A stretch of 63,800 bases of DNA, the filler included, from Folioceros fuciformis (lineage: Eukaryota): assembly GCA_049999805.1 (NCBI GenBank). It is 8 parts of 8 records of this genome, joined end to end, with 100 filler letters (N's around TTAATTAATTAA, not from the genome) between each part and the next. Parts side by side here need not be neighbours in the genome. Positions count along the whole stretch, not along the records: positions 11,826 to 17,910 come from JBNGIO010005361.1; positions 18,011 to 24,538 come from JBNGIO010005362.1; 6 more parts are not named here. The stretch is one strand, 5' to 3'. The notes beneath the pieces are model-generated. The model was not told where the DNA came from. It saw nothing but the letters and a program-made list of their open reading frames with translations, and did no database searches. A program made the translations under genes and the position numbers. Of the stretch, positions 11,726-24,078 are shown in pieces; the stretch's first letter is position 1, and each line of letters opens with the position of its first letter.

Positions 11726-11825
11726 NNNNNNNNNNNNNNNNNNNNNNNNNNNNNNNNNNNNNNNNNNNNTTAATTAATTAANNNNNNNNNNNNNNNNNNN
11801 NNNNNNNNNNNNNNNNNNNNNNNNN
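11726..11825. other. Artificial contig linker 44N-TTAATTAATTAA-44N; also at 17911-18010, 24539-24638, 30504-30603, 35506-35605, 45418-45517 and 61893-61992
   Basis: Seven identical 100-nt spacers, each carrying a six-frame stop cassette. Confidence 0.97.
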
Positions 11826-12558
11826 CAGCCTTCCCTCTTGCAGCCTTCAAGGCAAAGGCGAGGCCTAGGGCTGGGTAGCCTTCTTGGCTCACGGCCCTGC
11901 AACCTCACCTCAGCCAGCATACAAGGTGGTCAGCCATTGCGGATCCGGCCACACGAGTCTTGGGATCCTCCACGTTCCCCTAGTGGCAAGGGAAATCAAG
12001 ACCTTGGTTTAGTCTCAACCAGCTCAGCGCCCTAAGCCAGGAGTTCTGCACCCAAGGTCTAGGGAAATCGCACCGTAGACAGCCCCCTTCTCAATGGCAG
12101 GTCTAGCCTCTTATACTACCTTGGCCCAAACCTCCATCTCTATCTATTAGGGTTAGCCTCAGTCAACCACCCAGCAATCTCTCTCTGACCTAAGCCGGCC
12201 CTAATTCTGACCTAAACCTAACTCTGACCTAACCCTAACTTTGACCCAAACCTAGTTCTGACCTGAAAGGGGTTGTGTCCCATGGACACCACTGGGTGCC
12301 CTTACCAAAATTGACCAACCTCTCAAGACTACCAAAATGGTCAGTGCCTCTCAACCCTCTCCCTCCTCTCTCAAATCATTCCATCCCTTCTCTCAGATCA
12401 TTCCAGCAACCCTTCAAAGACACATCTCACCTCACCATTAATCTAGCTACTAATCTTTCCTAATCTTTTAACTATTTCACCACAGGGTTCACTTAGAGAT
12501 TCCCAAAAAGAGAAATCCTACCATTTTCCAAGGACCTATTCAGGATGTGGAGTCCACA
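11826..12558 (-). mobile_element. 5' part of an Athila-like family LTR, inserted in a Copia RNase H
   Basis: Ends on + with CCATTTTCCAAGGACCTATTCAGGATGTGGAGTCCACA, as at 60216. Interrupts the Copia RNase H just after RTKHIE. Confidence 0.75.
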
Positions 12559-15500
12559 GGTATCTCAACAAAGTTCTATATGCTTTGTCCTCGCATGAAA
12601 CCTGGGATTGGAAACGAGAGCTATAGCACCCATATTGTTGCAGTGTAGCTTAGTTGGTCCGATTTGCGGTTGTTGCACTGACTCAAGAAACTGCCTTTGC
12701 CATTCAGCTTCTTTGCAGGCATCCGTAAGGGCCTTGTATTCAGCTTCGGTTGAGGACAAAGCTAGGGAGGTTTGTTTTTTACAGCTCCAGCTCACCTAGC
12801 CTCATGTTAGAAGAAAGCAGTATGCCGACAAGCTGCGGCGGGTGTCTGCATCAGACGCCCAATCAGCATCGGTGTATGAGATAAGTTCCAAACTCTTACT
12901 CCCACTTGAGGTATATTGCAAACCATATGTAATAGTCCCCTTTAAGTATTTGTAAATTCTCTTTATAGCAGCCCAGTGAATCCTTCTTGGCTGCTTGAGG
13001 AATTGAGAGGCTTGGCTAACAGCATAACTAATATCGGGGCGTGTCTAGTTAGCCAGGAAAATCAAACACCCCACAGCTTCAGCATATGGCACATAGGTAC
13101 AGCAGTATCTGCATCTTCATGTTCCTGTTGTGAAGGAGGTTCACCATCTGACATTGGATAGGTGAATGGCAGAGCATGTACAGACTGATCGATATCCACA
13201 AAAGGATATACAAGATGAGGATCCACATCCAGCTTAGGAAATGACAATTCTATGAAGGTAACACTACGAGAGAGTGTAATTTTTAAGGTTTGGGGATCAA
13301 ACAGTTTGTAAGCTTTAGACTCTTTTGACTAACCCAAGAACATAAGGGGTTTAGCCCTAGTATCTAATTTCCCCCTCTTCGGTTCAGGGATATAAGCATA
13401 CGCTGGACACCCGAAAACTCAAAGATGCAAGAGGCTGGGCTTCCTACCCCATAAGGCTTCATAAGAAGTCTATCCTGGGAGAGCTACTATGACCACACGA
13501 TTCAAAATATATGTGGCAGCAACAACAGCCTCTCCCTAGAAGCTTTTAGGGAAGGATGACCACGAGAGCATGCTTCGTGTCATTCCCATCAATGTTTGGT
13601 TCTTACGCTCGGCAACACCATTTTGCTGCTGAGTGTAGGGAACAGATAGCTGCCGAACGATGCCAAACTGTTGGAAAAGGTGGTCAAACCTGTAACCTGT
13701 AAATTCACCTCCATTATCTGTACGGAAGTACTTGACTAGTTTTCCTGTTTGACGTTGTACCATTGGAATCCAGGAAGCAATGGTATCAAACACATCACTC
13801 TTCAGCTTAAGAGGAAAAGTGCGAGTGTAACGTGAGAAGTCGTCAGTCAACGTGAGATAGTATTTAGCGCCACCAAGAGACTTCACAAGGAGTTTACCAG
13901 CTATGTCAGCATGAATTAGCTCCAAGACAGATTTGGCCCTTGTTGTTATCTTATTCTTGAATAGTAACTCTTTTTGCTTGGATAATATGCAGGAGCGACA
14001 TGCCTCAAGATGCTTAAAGCAAGGAGGAAGCTGTTCTTTATAACAGTTAGACGATGACATAAGATCTAACTTAGACCTATTCACATGTCCTAAACGTGCA
14101 TGCGAGAGGTTAGCCTATACATTGTAAGCAGCCAACAGAGCCCTTACTTTGGATTTTTGAATTGTTACTAATTGATACAAGTCATTGATTAGAACAGCCT
14201 TAGCAATAGAAACTTCTGGAAATGACTGCTGGTAGATATAACACTTCTTGTTCTTAAACTTAAAGCCATATTTCTAACTCTAAACAAGGGCTTTGATGGA
14301 TAGAAGATTCTTACTCATCTCAAGGACAAAGAGAATATCATCCAGATGCAAAACTGTTCCACCAGAAAGAGGTATGTTTACTGAACCAGTTCCTTTTACC
14401 TTAACACCATGAGCATCACCAACATACACTAGTTGAGGTGATAGCTGTTTGTGTAGGGTGGAGAAGAGTTCATCGTTGTTGCAGACATGAGCCGTTGCGC
14501 CAGAGTCCACAAACCAGGAGGAAGACTGATTCTTATAAGAAGTCAGGCAGACTGTAAGGACAATTTTCCCACTCTTATGTTGAGATCCAGAGGTCTTGTT
14601 CTCCTTTGATGTAATGTGAGCTTGAGATTTGGAATCCTTCTTAGGCTCACCCGCCTTCTTTTTCCTGCAGTCATGTTCCCAGTGTCTGGGGATCTGACAC
14701 CAATTACAGTTACCATTGTGTTTGGTCGGGAAGTTGGAAGAAGAGGTAGAAGACGTGGGTGTCTTCTTGCCCTTGTCTTTTCCTCTCCACTATCCTTTTC
14801 CTTTGGAGGCAAACAGGACCTTCTCCCCTCGCAGGCGGGAACCTGAATGGGTATGTAGGTGGCCTTGTTCCTCTTGCAAGAGAGCCCCTATGATTTCATT
14901 CAGATTCAATGTTGATGGTTGACCACTTGCTGCTGCCTTGTAAGCGTCACGCAAGGTGGCATTCTGACTGGATATGAATGTTTGATAAGACAAAGGCAGG
15001 TTGGCCAACAGTTGAGCAGTCATCTCCACCTCAGTGATCTTGGTACCTAGCGCGGCAAGCTGTGCCCGTAGGTGCCTCAACTTAGTGATATGAGCCCCAA
15101 CTGGGTCCTTCAACCTAAGACTATGGAAGTTATTACGAGCATTGATCATCGTACAAACATTCTGAGCCTAGTAAGTATCAAATAGCTGCTTCCAGACAGC
15201 TTCAGCTGTTTCCAAGGTGTCAACTTCAGTTACTGTTGACTCATCCAGACGAGATAATAGAATAGCAAAAGCAACCTTGTTGCCTTTCTTCCACTTTGCT
15301 ATCTCATCAACTTTTGGTTGTGGAAATGTTGTGCTAGGGACCTTCAATGGATTGGGTATGGATCCGTCCACACACTCCCACACGTCCCTGGCATCCAGGT
15401 TAGCTTTCATTCTCGCCTTCCAGCTCTCAAACCTGAGAGTTTCCCATCAAATCTGTCTTTCTTCTTAAATTCACCTGAGTAAAGAGACCCAACAGATGTA

Positions 15501-15974
15501 GATTGTGGAGCTACTAGGATGGATGCCATAATGGGCTGAACAAGTGTTGGATTGACAAGAATGATAGGAAATGGTGGATCAGAATACAGCCAGGAGAATT
15601 GGTCCAAATCTGAATCACTATCTGAGTCAACTTGCAACATCAGATACATACCCAACAAGCGCACCTCCGACATAGCCTGATGAGACAGAAAAGGTACGAA
15701 ACGGTACGTTGAAATGGCGTTTCGTTAACTCTAGTTTTAGTTTTTAAGAGGAAAACCCTAAAAACTATGTCATGTGAACATCTAACTGAATAACGGTTCA
15801 CATGACAGTGGCAAGGGACCAAGAACGCAAGAGACATGACTCCAACAACGAAGAGGCAAACAATAGACGGATCCTGACATGTCGATGCATCATTCAATAG
15901 GTACAACTCTGGAAAGTGCCTGTTAATGCTCTCTAGTCAGCATGCTTGGATCCCAAATGCTGTAACGCACCGCT

Positions 15975-16567
15975 TCAGATCTTGGAAGTTGTTGCACCTT
16001 GCTGATCCCCAACACTTGCTCTCTCCCTCATGGGAACGAGTGATTTCAGATACAGGGCTGTAACTGGTTGAACAGCAGAGACTAAAGAAGATTCCCTCAA
16101 AACCTTGAGACTAGCAATCTCACTCGCAAGTTGACTGACTTCTGATTGGAGAGATTCAACATTGAAAGAAATTTGTTCCAGCTTTGGCTGTGTCTGAACA
16201 AGCAATCGAGTCAACAGGGCTTCAATGTTGTCCAATTTGGAGGAGAATCTCTTATATGCAAAAGGACGTCTTGTAGAATCCAATTGATTAAGTAATGCCA
16301 TGTCTTCGTCAACTCCTACTAATCAATTGTCTCTTTTAATCCTTGATTGCAGAAGGTCTCTCCTCTCAATCTCAAGACGCCTGGCAAACACATGATTGTA
16401 ATATGTGTGAGGAGAGACAAAACGTTCTCTCACTCCATCCTGCCTCTCTCTGGATCCGAACATCATTGTCCAAGTTATTGTGTCGCCTTCATATATAATC
16501 GGCCCTAGCAGCCCAAGGAGGTGTAGGAATAGGCATGTTGCTACGCCTACCACTCCCTCTAGGTATT
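15975..16567 (-). pseudogene. Extra 5' ORF (coiled coil) upstream of Copia gag, frameshifted
   Basis: Begins (I)PRGSGRR; heptads LDNIEALL..VESLQSEVSQLASEIASLK; ends QPVTALYLKSLVP. Resembles ORF 27428-27964. Confidence 0.5.
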
Positions 16568-16685
16568 TTAAGCACGAGGACCAAAAACTGATGCGACTAT
16601 CATCTATGATAATTGAGACCCTAGACTAGACACATTAGACAATCAATACAGCGGAAGACTCAGAGCATCGAGGGCTCTGATACCA

Positions 16686-17040
16686 TGACAATTATGTCTT
16701 GTAATTAGCTAGAGTACCTAGACTAAGAATCAAGACTTAGATACAAATGTAATGTGTGTGTATAAAAATGAATACAGATGCCCATATATACAAAAATTGT
16801 AAGTGTCCTTTGAGTTAACCCTCAAGTAACCTATCTTAAGTAAACTCGTATTGGGTTTAATTCCCCAACAGAGCGTGACAGCTACAGCAACGGCTTTCAG
16901 TACAGGCCTGAAGAAAGCCTTCACCCATGAGATAGATGAGACATTTCCTTCACCATTAATCCCTTCCCGAGCTTCAAAATGAGTTAAACCGCTCAAAGTT
17001 TGCCGCCCGATTTCATACACTCAACGGGCTCCGTATGACA
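16686..17040 (-). mobile_element. 5' LTR (355 bp) of the Copia element
   Basis: Minus strand TGTCATACGG...AATTGTCA followed immediately by the tRNA-Met PBS. Confidence 0.7.
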
Positions 17041-17303
17041 TACCTGGTAATTGTAATTGGTATTTTGTTATTACGTTTGAAATATTTATTTATAGTTTTA
17101 TTTTTTTGTTTTATAGCTATTTATTAGATTAATATTAATACTAATTATTATTATTTACAATACAAAATGCGAGCCATTCCAGAAATGGTTTTCAACTTGT
17201 ATATGCAACATCATAAAAATTGTAGGTATGTAGGCATGTTTTGAGCGATTTACGTTGTGAATAGGCATCCAAAATGCATTGCATTTATATGCCTGCTCAC
17301 AAA

Positions 17304-17438
17304 TGCATCTTCACTCCATGGTCCTTAACTGCATCTTCACTCCATGGTCCNNNNNNNNNNTGCATCTTCACTCCATGGTCCTTAACTGCATCTTCACTCC
17401 ATGGTCCTTAACTGCATCTTCACTCCATGGTTCTTAAC
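17304..17438. repeat. 26-bp minisatellite (TGCATCTTCACTCCATGGTCCTTAAC)
   Basis: About 5 tandem copies with an internal 10-N gap. Confidence 0.9.
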
Positions 17439-17910
17439 TGTGGCAAGTTCCTTATCAAGAAGAGCCTCCACCCTCGATGTGTGGCAAGTTCCTTCTCAAG
17501 AAGAGCCTCCACCCTCGCTGTGAGGCAAATTCCTTCTCAAGAAGAGCCTCCACCCTCACTCTGTGGCAAGTTCCTTCTCAAGAAGAGCCTCCACCCTCGC
17601 TGTGTGGCAAGTTCCGTCTCAAGAAGAGCCTCCACCCTCGCTGTGTGGCAAGTTCCGTCTCAAGAAGAGCCTCCACCCTCGCTGTGTGGCAAGTTCCGTC
17701 TCAAGAAGAGCCTCCACCCTCGCTGTGTGGCAAGTTCCGTCTCAAGAAGAGCCTCCACCCTCGCTGTGTGGCAAGTTCCTTCTCACGAAGAGCTTCCACC
17801 CTCGCTTTGTGTTCCTCACTTGCCTCTGTCCTCTCACGATGAGAAGAGCCTCTACCCTCGCTTTGTGTTCCTCACTTGCCTCTGTCCTCTCACGATGAGA
17901 AGAGCCTCCA
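17439..17910. repeat. 41-bp minisatellite (TGTGGCAAGTTCCKTCTCAAGAAGAGCCTCCACCCTCGCTG) grading into a 56-bp unit
   Basis: About 9 near-identical 41-mers, then two 56-bp units sharing GAAGAGCCTCYACCCTCGC. Runs into the contig end. Confidence 0.9.
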
Positions 17911-18389
17911 NNNNNNNNNNNNNNNNNNNNNNNNNNNNNNNNNNNNNNNNNNNNTTAATTAATTAANNNNNNNNNNNNNNNNNNNNNNNNNNNNNNNNNN
18001 NNNNNNNNNNAATCTATTCTATTTCATGAAAAAAAGTAAGTCCCTAGGTCAGAAGGCCCGAAAGGGCATGAAACATGCTTCATATGGATGATTTGAGACA
18101 CTTGATCAATCTATAGAAACAAGAAAAGGAATGCACTCTACAATTACACAGCCCAAAAGAAAAAGGGCCTATGAACTCCGTAAGTCTAGATGAACTAATT
18201 AAGCTCAATAAAAAGCAAGGAAAATCTAATATAGAAGCAAAGCTCAATAAAGAGCAAGCAAACTATATAATAAGAAACAACCTTAATAAAAATAATATTA
18301 ACGATCAAAGTCTTGACGACTTGATAAGCTCGTGGCTGGGATTGTCCCGGGTATGTCCCACCTTGTGCTGCTCGTCTTTCATGACATAT

Positions 18390-18845
18390 TGAAGCAGAGG
18401 ACATGGCTGACTTGGATGCCATTCTACATGCTACAGGAGTCAACTCCGCCGCCGACGTGCTGTCGGTTTGGCACATGTTGCAGCCGCGACTCCGTTATTC
18501 CACATACGCGATGAGGCTATGGCCTCTGAGAGTAATCTATTTGCCATGTTGGTTCTTCTCTCCATTCAAACTGCACACGAGATATCTAATGTTGCGATGT
18601 ATGCATTGCTACAAGTTTTGGGGGTGAATTTGCTGCCACAGCCCAATACCCTGCCACGCATAATTGTAGATGCAAAGAGGACATTATTCTCATTTGGGCC
18701 AAAGTATCATAAAATACATACATGTGAGAAGGATTGCTTGCTATTTTGGGGAGTGTACCCAAACGACGACAATTGTCGTTGTTGCGACAGAGCGCGCTTT
18801 GTTACAGGGAGTGGCCTCTATAACGGCACAAGGATGAGAACAAAG
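18390..18845 (+). pseudogene. CACTA/En-Spm transposase (TnpD-like) N-terminal fragment
   Basis: LLPQPNTLP..DAKRTL..KYHKIHTCEKDCLLFWG..DDNCRCCDRARF matches the LP..EAKK..KIHAC..DC.L..C..C...R motif that precedes the Transposase_21 domain. The stop codon is supplied by the LTR at 18846. Confidence 0.8.
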
Positions 18846-19053
18846 TGATATAGGGAGCAAAGGTAGTTTTAAGAATAATTCTCTATCTATGTATTTTACA
18901 ATTAGTTAATCATGTACACCAAGGTTCCTTTTCAAGTAACGACTAACCTGTCCCTTCGAAACGGTCTGTCTCGGCTGCCTTCTAACGGTCATGCCGTTCC
19001 GTCTGGGTTTAACTAATACGTGCACCGTTAAGGGCACTATATGTGCTCTAACA
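18846..19053 (-). mobile_element. 3' LTR (208 bp) of a minus-strand LTR element, with PPT at 19054-19065
   Basis: Minus strand GTTTACGGGGGG then TGTTAGAG...CTATATCA. Truncates the CACTA ORF exactly at its TG end. Confidence 0.65.
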
Positions 19054-19080
19054 CCCCCCGTAAACCAGGCGCGAACGGCG

Positions 19081-19175
19081 TAGGCATAGGGCAGGCGCCG
19101 CGACACTCTAGACGACTTAGGCGTAGGGCAGGCGCCGCGACACTCTAGACGACTTAGGCGAAGGGCAGGCGCCGC
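19081..19175. repeat. 37-bp tandem repeat (2.5 copies)
   Basis: TAGGCRTAGGGCAGGCGCCGCGACACTCTAGACGACT repeated next to the PPT. Confidence 0.9.
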
Positions 19176-19283
19176 TATACTTTGTAAGTGAGGGACTGAG
19201 GGTGCTCGAAAGCGGGCGGAGAAGCTTCTTGATTTTCCCGGGTTGGTGTTCCTAGAGGTGCGGTTGTCAGTAGTGGAGTGATA

Positions 19284-20131
19284 GGCTGCAATTGCTCCCA
19301 TCAACCTTGGTGTCCACTGTGGTGAGGACATTTCGGATGTCGAACGTTGCTGCACTGTCGACCACATCCACAGGTCGTTTCCAGTAGAGGGGTACTATTG
19401 CAGGACCTTAACATCGGTTCTTTACCTGCACCTCCTACACTATCAGGAAAACATGCAGGATTATCAATCTCGTGGTGATGGAATCGTAAGGACAGATCTG
19501 CAGAAGCTGGTAGAACTCGAGCGTCAGCTGTCTGAAGCGAGAGAACGGGTGACAATTCGTTTCTTTTCGGTCCCTTCGCCTGCCTTCAAGTTCCAGAAGC
19601 TGTCGTTGCGGCTTGCTTCCTGTCAGACCTATTATCTCACCTAACGTGTGAATTTCTGTCAATTTTCAGTTCGCAGATTTGAGAGAAAGGTTCAAGCACA
19701 GGGACTATCCTAAGGTTCGTGGGCCACATGAGCTTCTGTTGTCTAGGTCAAAATTTCGCTGTAACCGGGGGTTCATTCAGGTACGTGGATGTGAATTCTG
19801 CGCTAGCTCGTCTCGCCAAAGAAATGCGGAAGTGACGATCAAGCCGTGAGTGTAACAACTAAATTGTCTGACGCGTCAAAGTAATGTATTCAATCAGGCA
19901 CATTTTCCTAAGTGACCAGACGCCGGATCATGCAGGTTGGGAAGGGGAGTGGCAATCGACACGATGGTTGATATATCCCACAAGCACCATGTCACCATCC
20001 AGGATAAGGGAGCAGAGCCAGTGCGTATTGTCTTTTTCAGCTATCTTCGTGGGATTCATCGAGACCTGCTGCAATGTATCCGTACTCCCTATTGCATCAG
20101 CTCTAATTCCCTTGATTGGTACCTAGAGTAA
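19284..20131 (+). pseudogene. Spliced ORF of unknown product (exons ~19284-19548, 19670-19780, 19898-20131)
   Basis: Two phase-0 GT-AG introns (19549-19669, 19781-19897) with CTAAC/CTGAC branch sites join the frames: LQKLVELERQLSEARER/FADLRERFKHR..RGFIQ/AHFPK*. In-frame TGA at 19913. Confidence 0.4.
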
Positions 20132-20715
20132 CCTTGAAGATTCGGGGGAAGAAGATAAGAAGCTCTATGATCACTCCGGTGGCAAGGCGGATGGTCTCTT
20201 GCTGGCAGTGGACAAGTTTCTGTCTTCAGGAGAACGGTCCTAGCCTCCGTCTTCAACGAGCATGCTACGGGACTATCCAATTGGCAGAGACGCGACCATC
20301 CGGTGTAAGAAGTAGCCCCATGCGGTCTTGAGGCACACAACAATGAAAGTGTTCCATTCATAGCAGCTTTTACAACGTTCATAGCAGCTTTTACAACTAA
20401 AAGACGGTCAACTGGGTTACAATTCACAAACTTGCTTGGTGCAAGAGTAAATGTTGCGAAACCTACTCGATTTATATCGAAACATGGGAGGTGTATGCTC
20501 GTGACGACTCTACACTGGTGTCGTCATGATGAGCCCGTCAAATTGTTCACATTTACAATATGTAGCTTTTACGCAGAAAATGAAAATGACTCGAATCTGT
20601 TCCCTATTAACGGAAGGGAAAATACTTTGACTTGCGGGATACGACTATGGTGCACAAGACCGGGCCAAATTGAACACGCTGTTCTTTCCTTCTTTCACCC
20701 CATTTTTATACAGAA

Positions 20716-21025
20716 CTTTAACAAAGTATTAATAAAACTATTCCCTACAAAATAATTAATAAAATTGCTCCTTAGAAGAAGTTTAACCAAATGCTGCCGA
20801 GGATGCCGAGAAGAAGTTTANNNNNNNNNNTAACCAAATGCTGCCGAGGATGCCGAGAAGAAGTTTAACCAAATGCTACCGAGAAGAAGTTTAACAAAAT
20901 GTTTAATAGAATACTAGCAAAAGGCCGGATATCATTTGCTCCAAAGTTTAACAAAATACCAAAGTTTAACAAAATATTTAATAAAATACTAACAAAAGGC
21001 CGAACATCATTTGCTCCAAAGTCTG
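20716..21025. repeat. Degenerate AT-rich tandem repeats (AAGTTTAAC(A/C)AAAT core)
   Basis: Core recurs about 8 times with variable spacers; 10-N gap inside. Confidence 0.7.
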
Positions 21026-21829
21026 ACATATACCGATGGCCACAATACACCAGCTTGGTTACAATAGATCTCTTTGGGTATACTAAAAGTTACAAAGCAA
21101 GCTCACTAGTAAGGTTATGTATGCGCACCCAAACACAGAAAGGTTCAAATTATCACAGGTACGAAGGAGTTGCTCACGTCATCAAGTGGACAATGGCCTC
21201 GACGCATGGGAAATCTCATCACGCAATCACCTGCTTAATGAGATTCCGTGCATATCACCGCCTGTCAGCTTAGGAGATCTCGAGATGCTTGCTAACAGGG
21301 CACACAAAAAGGAACCAAGCACTCAGCGCAACTTTTCCTCAATATAGCTGCAATCAAGGCACAACACTTTGACAGCACGTCTCAATGGAGCCCTTGCTTT
21401 AGAAGATGGCTTTGTTAGTGATGGTTGCAGTCAGACCCTGTTCTAACCTTAATGATCGAGGCGGCATCTCCCTGCTCAGCAAATATGCGTGAGCAACGGG
21501 AGATGTGAAGGGTTGCAACCAATTGCCTGAAGCAACACCAACACAAAAACGGAAGTGATACACCTTTGGGCGTGAAGTCGACGCCTTCTGATGTGACGCT
21601 TTCTTATACTCGTGCCCTTCACAATCAATAGACGCAACTTCAGCCCAGTTCGTGTCCATGCTACCACCTACAACATACTGAACCCTTAACATGCACAATC
21701 TCACCAATTTGACCTGGTAGATTTTCTTGTTGTGCGCCGCCATGGCTGGTAACCCCGGCACCCATGGTGCGCAAGAACACAGAGTGTCGGGCTTCTCTTT
21801 CGAGGACTTGCGATAGCGCCACTAAGAAA

Positions 21830-22345
21830 TCAAGCGGGTTCAGTACCCTCATCTGTGGGGACAAGTTCTTCCTTCCCTTCACAAGCAAACACAGTAGTTG
21901 CAACAACAGGTTCAAGCGTATACTCTAGCCTGTTTTCACAAATCCCCGCCTTTACCACACTTGCACTAGGGATTCATGCTTCAATGCCTAGTGCCGTACC
22001 TTCTGCCTCACTACCAAACCCAGGAGTTGTGGGAATCCTTTGCCTGCACCAGGAGCTGGTTTCGCCAATCCTTTGCCCGGTTTTGGATCTGAATTAGGAA
22101 ACCCTCCGCCTGACCCTAGAACTGGATTCGATCCTTCTCTACCTCCCCCACCAGCACCGGGAGCAGGATTTGACCACGCCCTCTTGCTTCCATACACACA
22201 AACATACCAGCCCTTTTATACAGTCGAGTTCAAGGACCGAGATAGGTTTAATAGCAATAAATACCCTGTGTGGAGTGTTCGAATGAGAGCTGCCCTTGAT
22301 GCCAGACATGTGCAGACAGTCGTGAGCGGGCATGTCGCGTGCACT
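21830..22345 (+). pseudogene. Copia gag N-terminal fragment with Pro-rich leader
   Basis: EFKDRDRFNSNKYPVWSVRMRAALDARHVQTVVSG is homologous to the gag starts of the other Copia copies (EFKEKDRFDG..RMQDFLAARDVW). Confidence 0.65.
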
Positions 22346-22584
22346 GGCTGTAGAGCTGTCATACCTGCCTTAGTCCGGCTGTGTCCCTCTCGTTTGGGCT
22401 CATCAGCAGCATAAGTCTCTCTTATACGGACAAAATCCCTAACACGACATGCAACACACACACACAGATCGATATGAACCCCTTGCCTAAAATTGGGGCA
22501 ACCACAATTGAGGGAGCACCATTTTAGGCACGACCTCATTGTCATCCTATCACCAGTTTCCTAAACACCGCTTATAAAAACTGC

Positions 22585-23380
22585 TTAGGATGGAACTACA
22601 GTTAGGATGCACTCGTTCTTCATAGGCGTCACTCTCTTCATCTTTGACTGTGAGTCCGGCCTGTAGGGTTCCAAAGACTGGCCAAGTTCTTCTTCAGCCT
22701 CTGGTTCCAGATTCAGGGAGTATTGGGGCGCTATTGTTTGCGAGCTGTGTGCCTGCAAGTACTCCTGGCACGCCCGCTGCAAGCCTTGGAATTGCCCATG
22801 GGTTTTCTCCGTCCATACTAATTGACTCGTCCTAAGCAAGTTAATCACAGCGTAAAGTTGATGGGGCCAACCCAGCACATACCTGCCTGCACGATACGCA
22901 TGGAATTGTGAGAACCAACGCTTAAGGTTGCTCATATTCCTGGGGAATTCTGCAAGGCCATACGCCACAAACGCATCCAAGGGCATGTGGTGAAATACTT
23001 AATGAAAGAACAAGTGATTTTCAATCGTCTAGTAAGCACCCTCACAATACGTGGTTCACACTCAAGGCAGATCCTTGAACCCTCTCCGCTGAAGCTCGAA
23101 CAGATCACGATGATCAGTGGGGTAGTACTGTCAAACAGTAGCACTGTCAAACAGCCTAACGTCTCTCAAAATCCACTCATAGCTTGCGTAGAGATAGCCC
23201 TGAGTCAGCGCCCCTTTGCCGGGTCTCCCAAACGGCAGCCCTGGTGCGTCTTGGTCCCAGGCGCCTCGCGCGCACCTACAGTTCAGCTGGCCATCCTCTG
23301 GATATCAGTGTGTTGATGCTGCGACGCTCCTGCCACCCCGCTAGCTTCTCGTAGTTTGATGTTTCGAACACCACATATGG
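22585..23380 (-). pseudogene. Decayed ORF (~265 codons) of unknown product
   Basis: The frame of ORF 22585-22986 extends upstream through isolated TGA/TAG/TAA stops (GYLYASYEWILRDVRLFD..HRDLFELQRRGFKDLP..MPLDAFVAYGLAEFPRN). Confidence 0.4.
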
Positions 23381-23674
23381 ACCAACCCTAACCTAGCTTA
23401 TATATAGTCGTTGTCAGTGACTGGTCACACGCACATCCACTATTAACTGGGTATTAAGCAGAATTATGTATTCAAAACATTAGGGCTTCTCGACCAGATG
23501 AATCCATCACTGCAAAGTTCCTTCTCGGTAGTCAGTCCCGACTCCTAAGTTCCATCCCTTGCATTAGTCATTCTTAGCCCTTGCAGGCTGTTCTGCCTAC
23601 ATAGAATTGAAGCACTTGCCTTGCACTTCACACGAAACCGTTCTCCTGTTGGGATCGCCAGCATCGGCGGTTCA

Positions 23675-24078
23675 AGGCAGGATGTATGATATCCTCGATT
23701 TCACAGTAGCATTAGCTCAGCATCCATGATTCGCCGCACAGCAGCATTAGCTCAGCATCCATGATTCGCCCACATTGCTCACAATGTAGATCGGCAGAAC
23801 GTATGATATCCCCGATTGCGTAGCAGCATTAGCTCAGCATCTATGATTCGCCCACATTGCTCACAATGTAGATCAGCAGAACGTATGATATCCCTGATTG
23901 CACACCAGCATTAGCTCAGCATCCATGATTCGCCCACATTGCACACCAGCATTAGCTCAGCATCCATGATTTGCCCACATCGCTCACAATGTAGATCGGC
24001 AAAACGTATGATATCCCCAATTGCATAGCAACATTAGCTCAGCATCCATGATTCGCCCACATTGCTCACAATGTAGCT
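23675..24078. repeat. 82-bp minisatellite with partial (35/41-bp) units
   Basis: ATTAGCTCAGCATCYATGATT at 23711, 23746, 23828, 23910, 23951 and 24033. Confidence 0.9.

Larger units (their letters stand above)
12559..17040 (-). mobile_element. Ty1/Copia element (5' LTR, PBS, extra ORF, gag-pro-int, deleted RT core, RNase H)
   Basis: gag (EFKKKDRFDG, LDARDVWECVDG), protease (VDSGATAHVC), integrase (LELIHADIAG..FRTDNGGEF..QQNGVAERKN), RNase H (ALSSTEAEY..NPRFHARTKHIE). PBS TGGTATCAGAGCCC at 16672-16685. Confidence 0.9.

Noticed and set aside
11770-11781. TTAATTAATTAA palindrome recurring seven times
   Set aside because: Always centred in an N-spacer, so it is a synthetic six-frame stop linker.
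17304-17910. CRISPR-like regular repeats
   Set aside because: The units are head-to-tail with no unique spacers, there are no cas genes, and the context is eukaryotic.
17427-17966. Repetitive ORFs of 111-179 aa (similarly 31529-31729 and 50642-50947)
   Set aside because: Translations of minisatellites, some extended through N runs.
23700-24078. TTAGCTCAG motif suggesting tRNA/SINE A-boxes or a CRISPR array
   Set aside because: No B-box (GTTCRA) at the right distance and no cloverleaf; the intervening sequences are themselves repeated.
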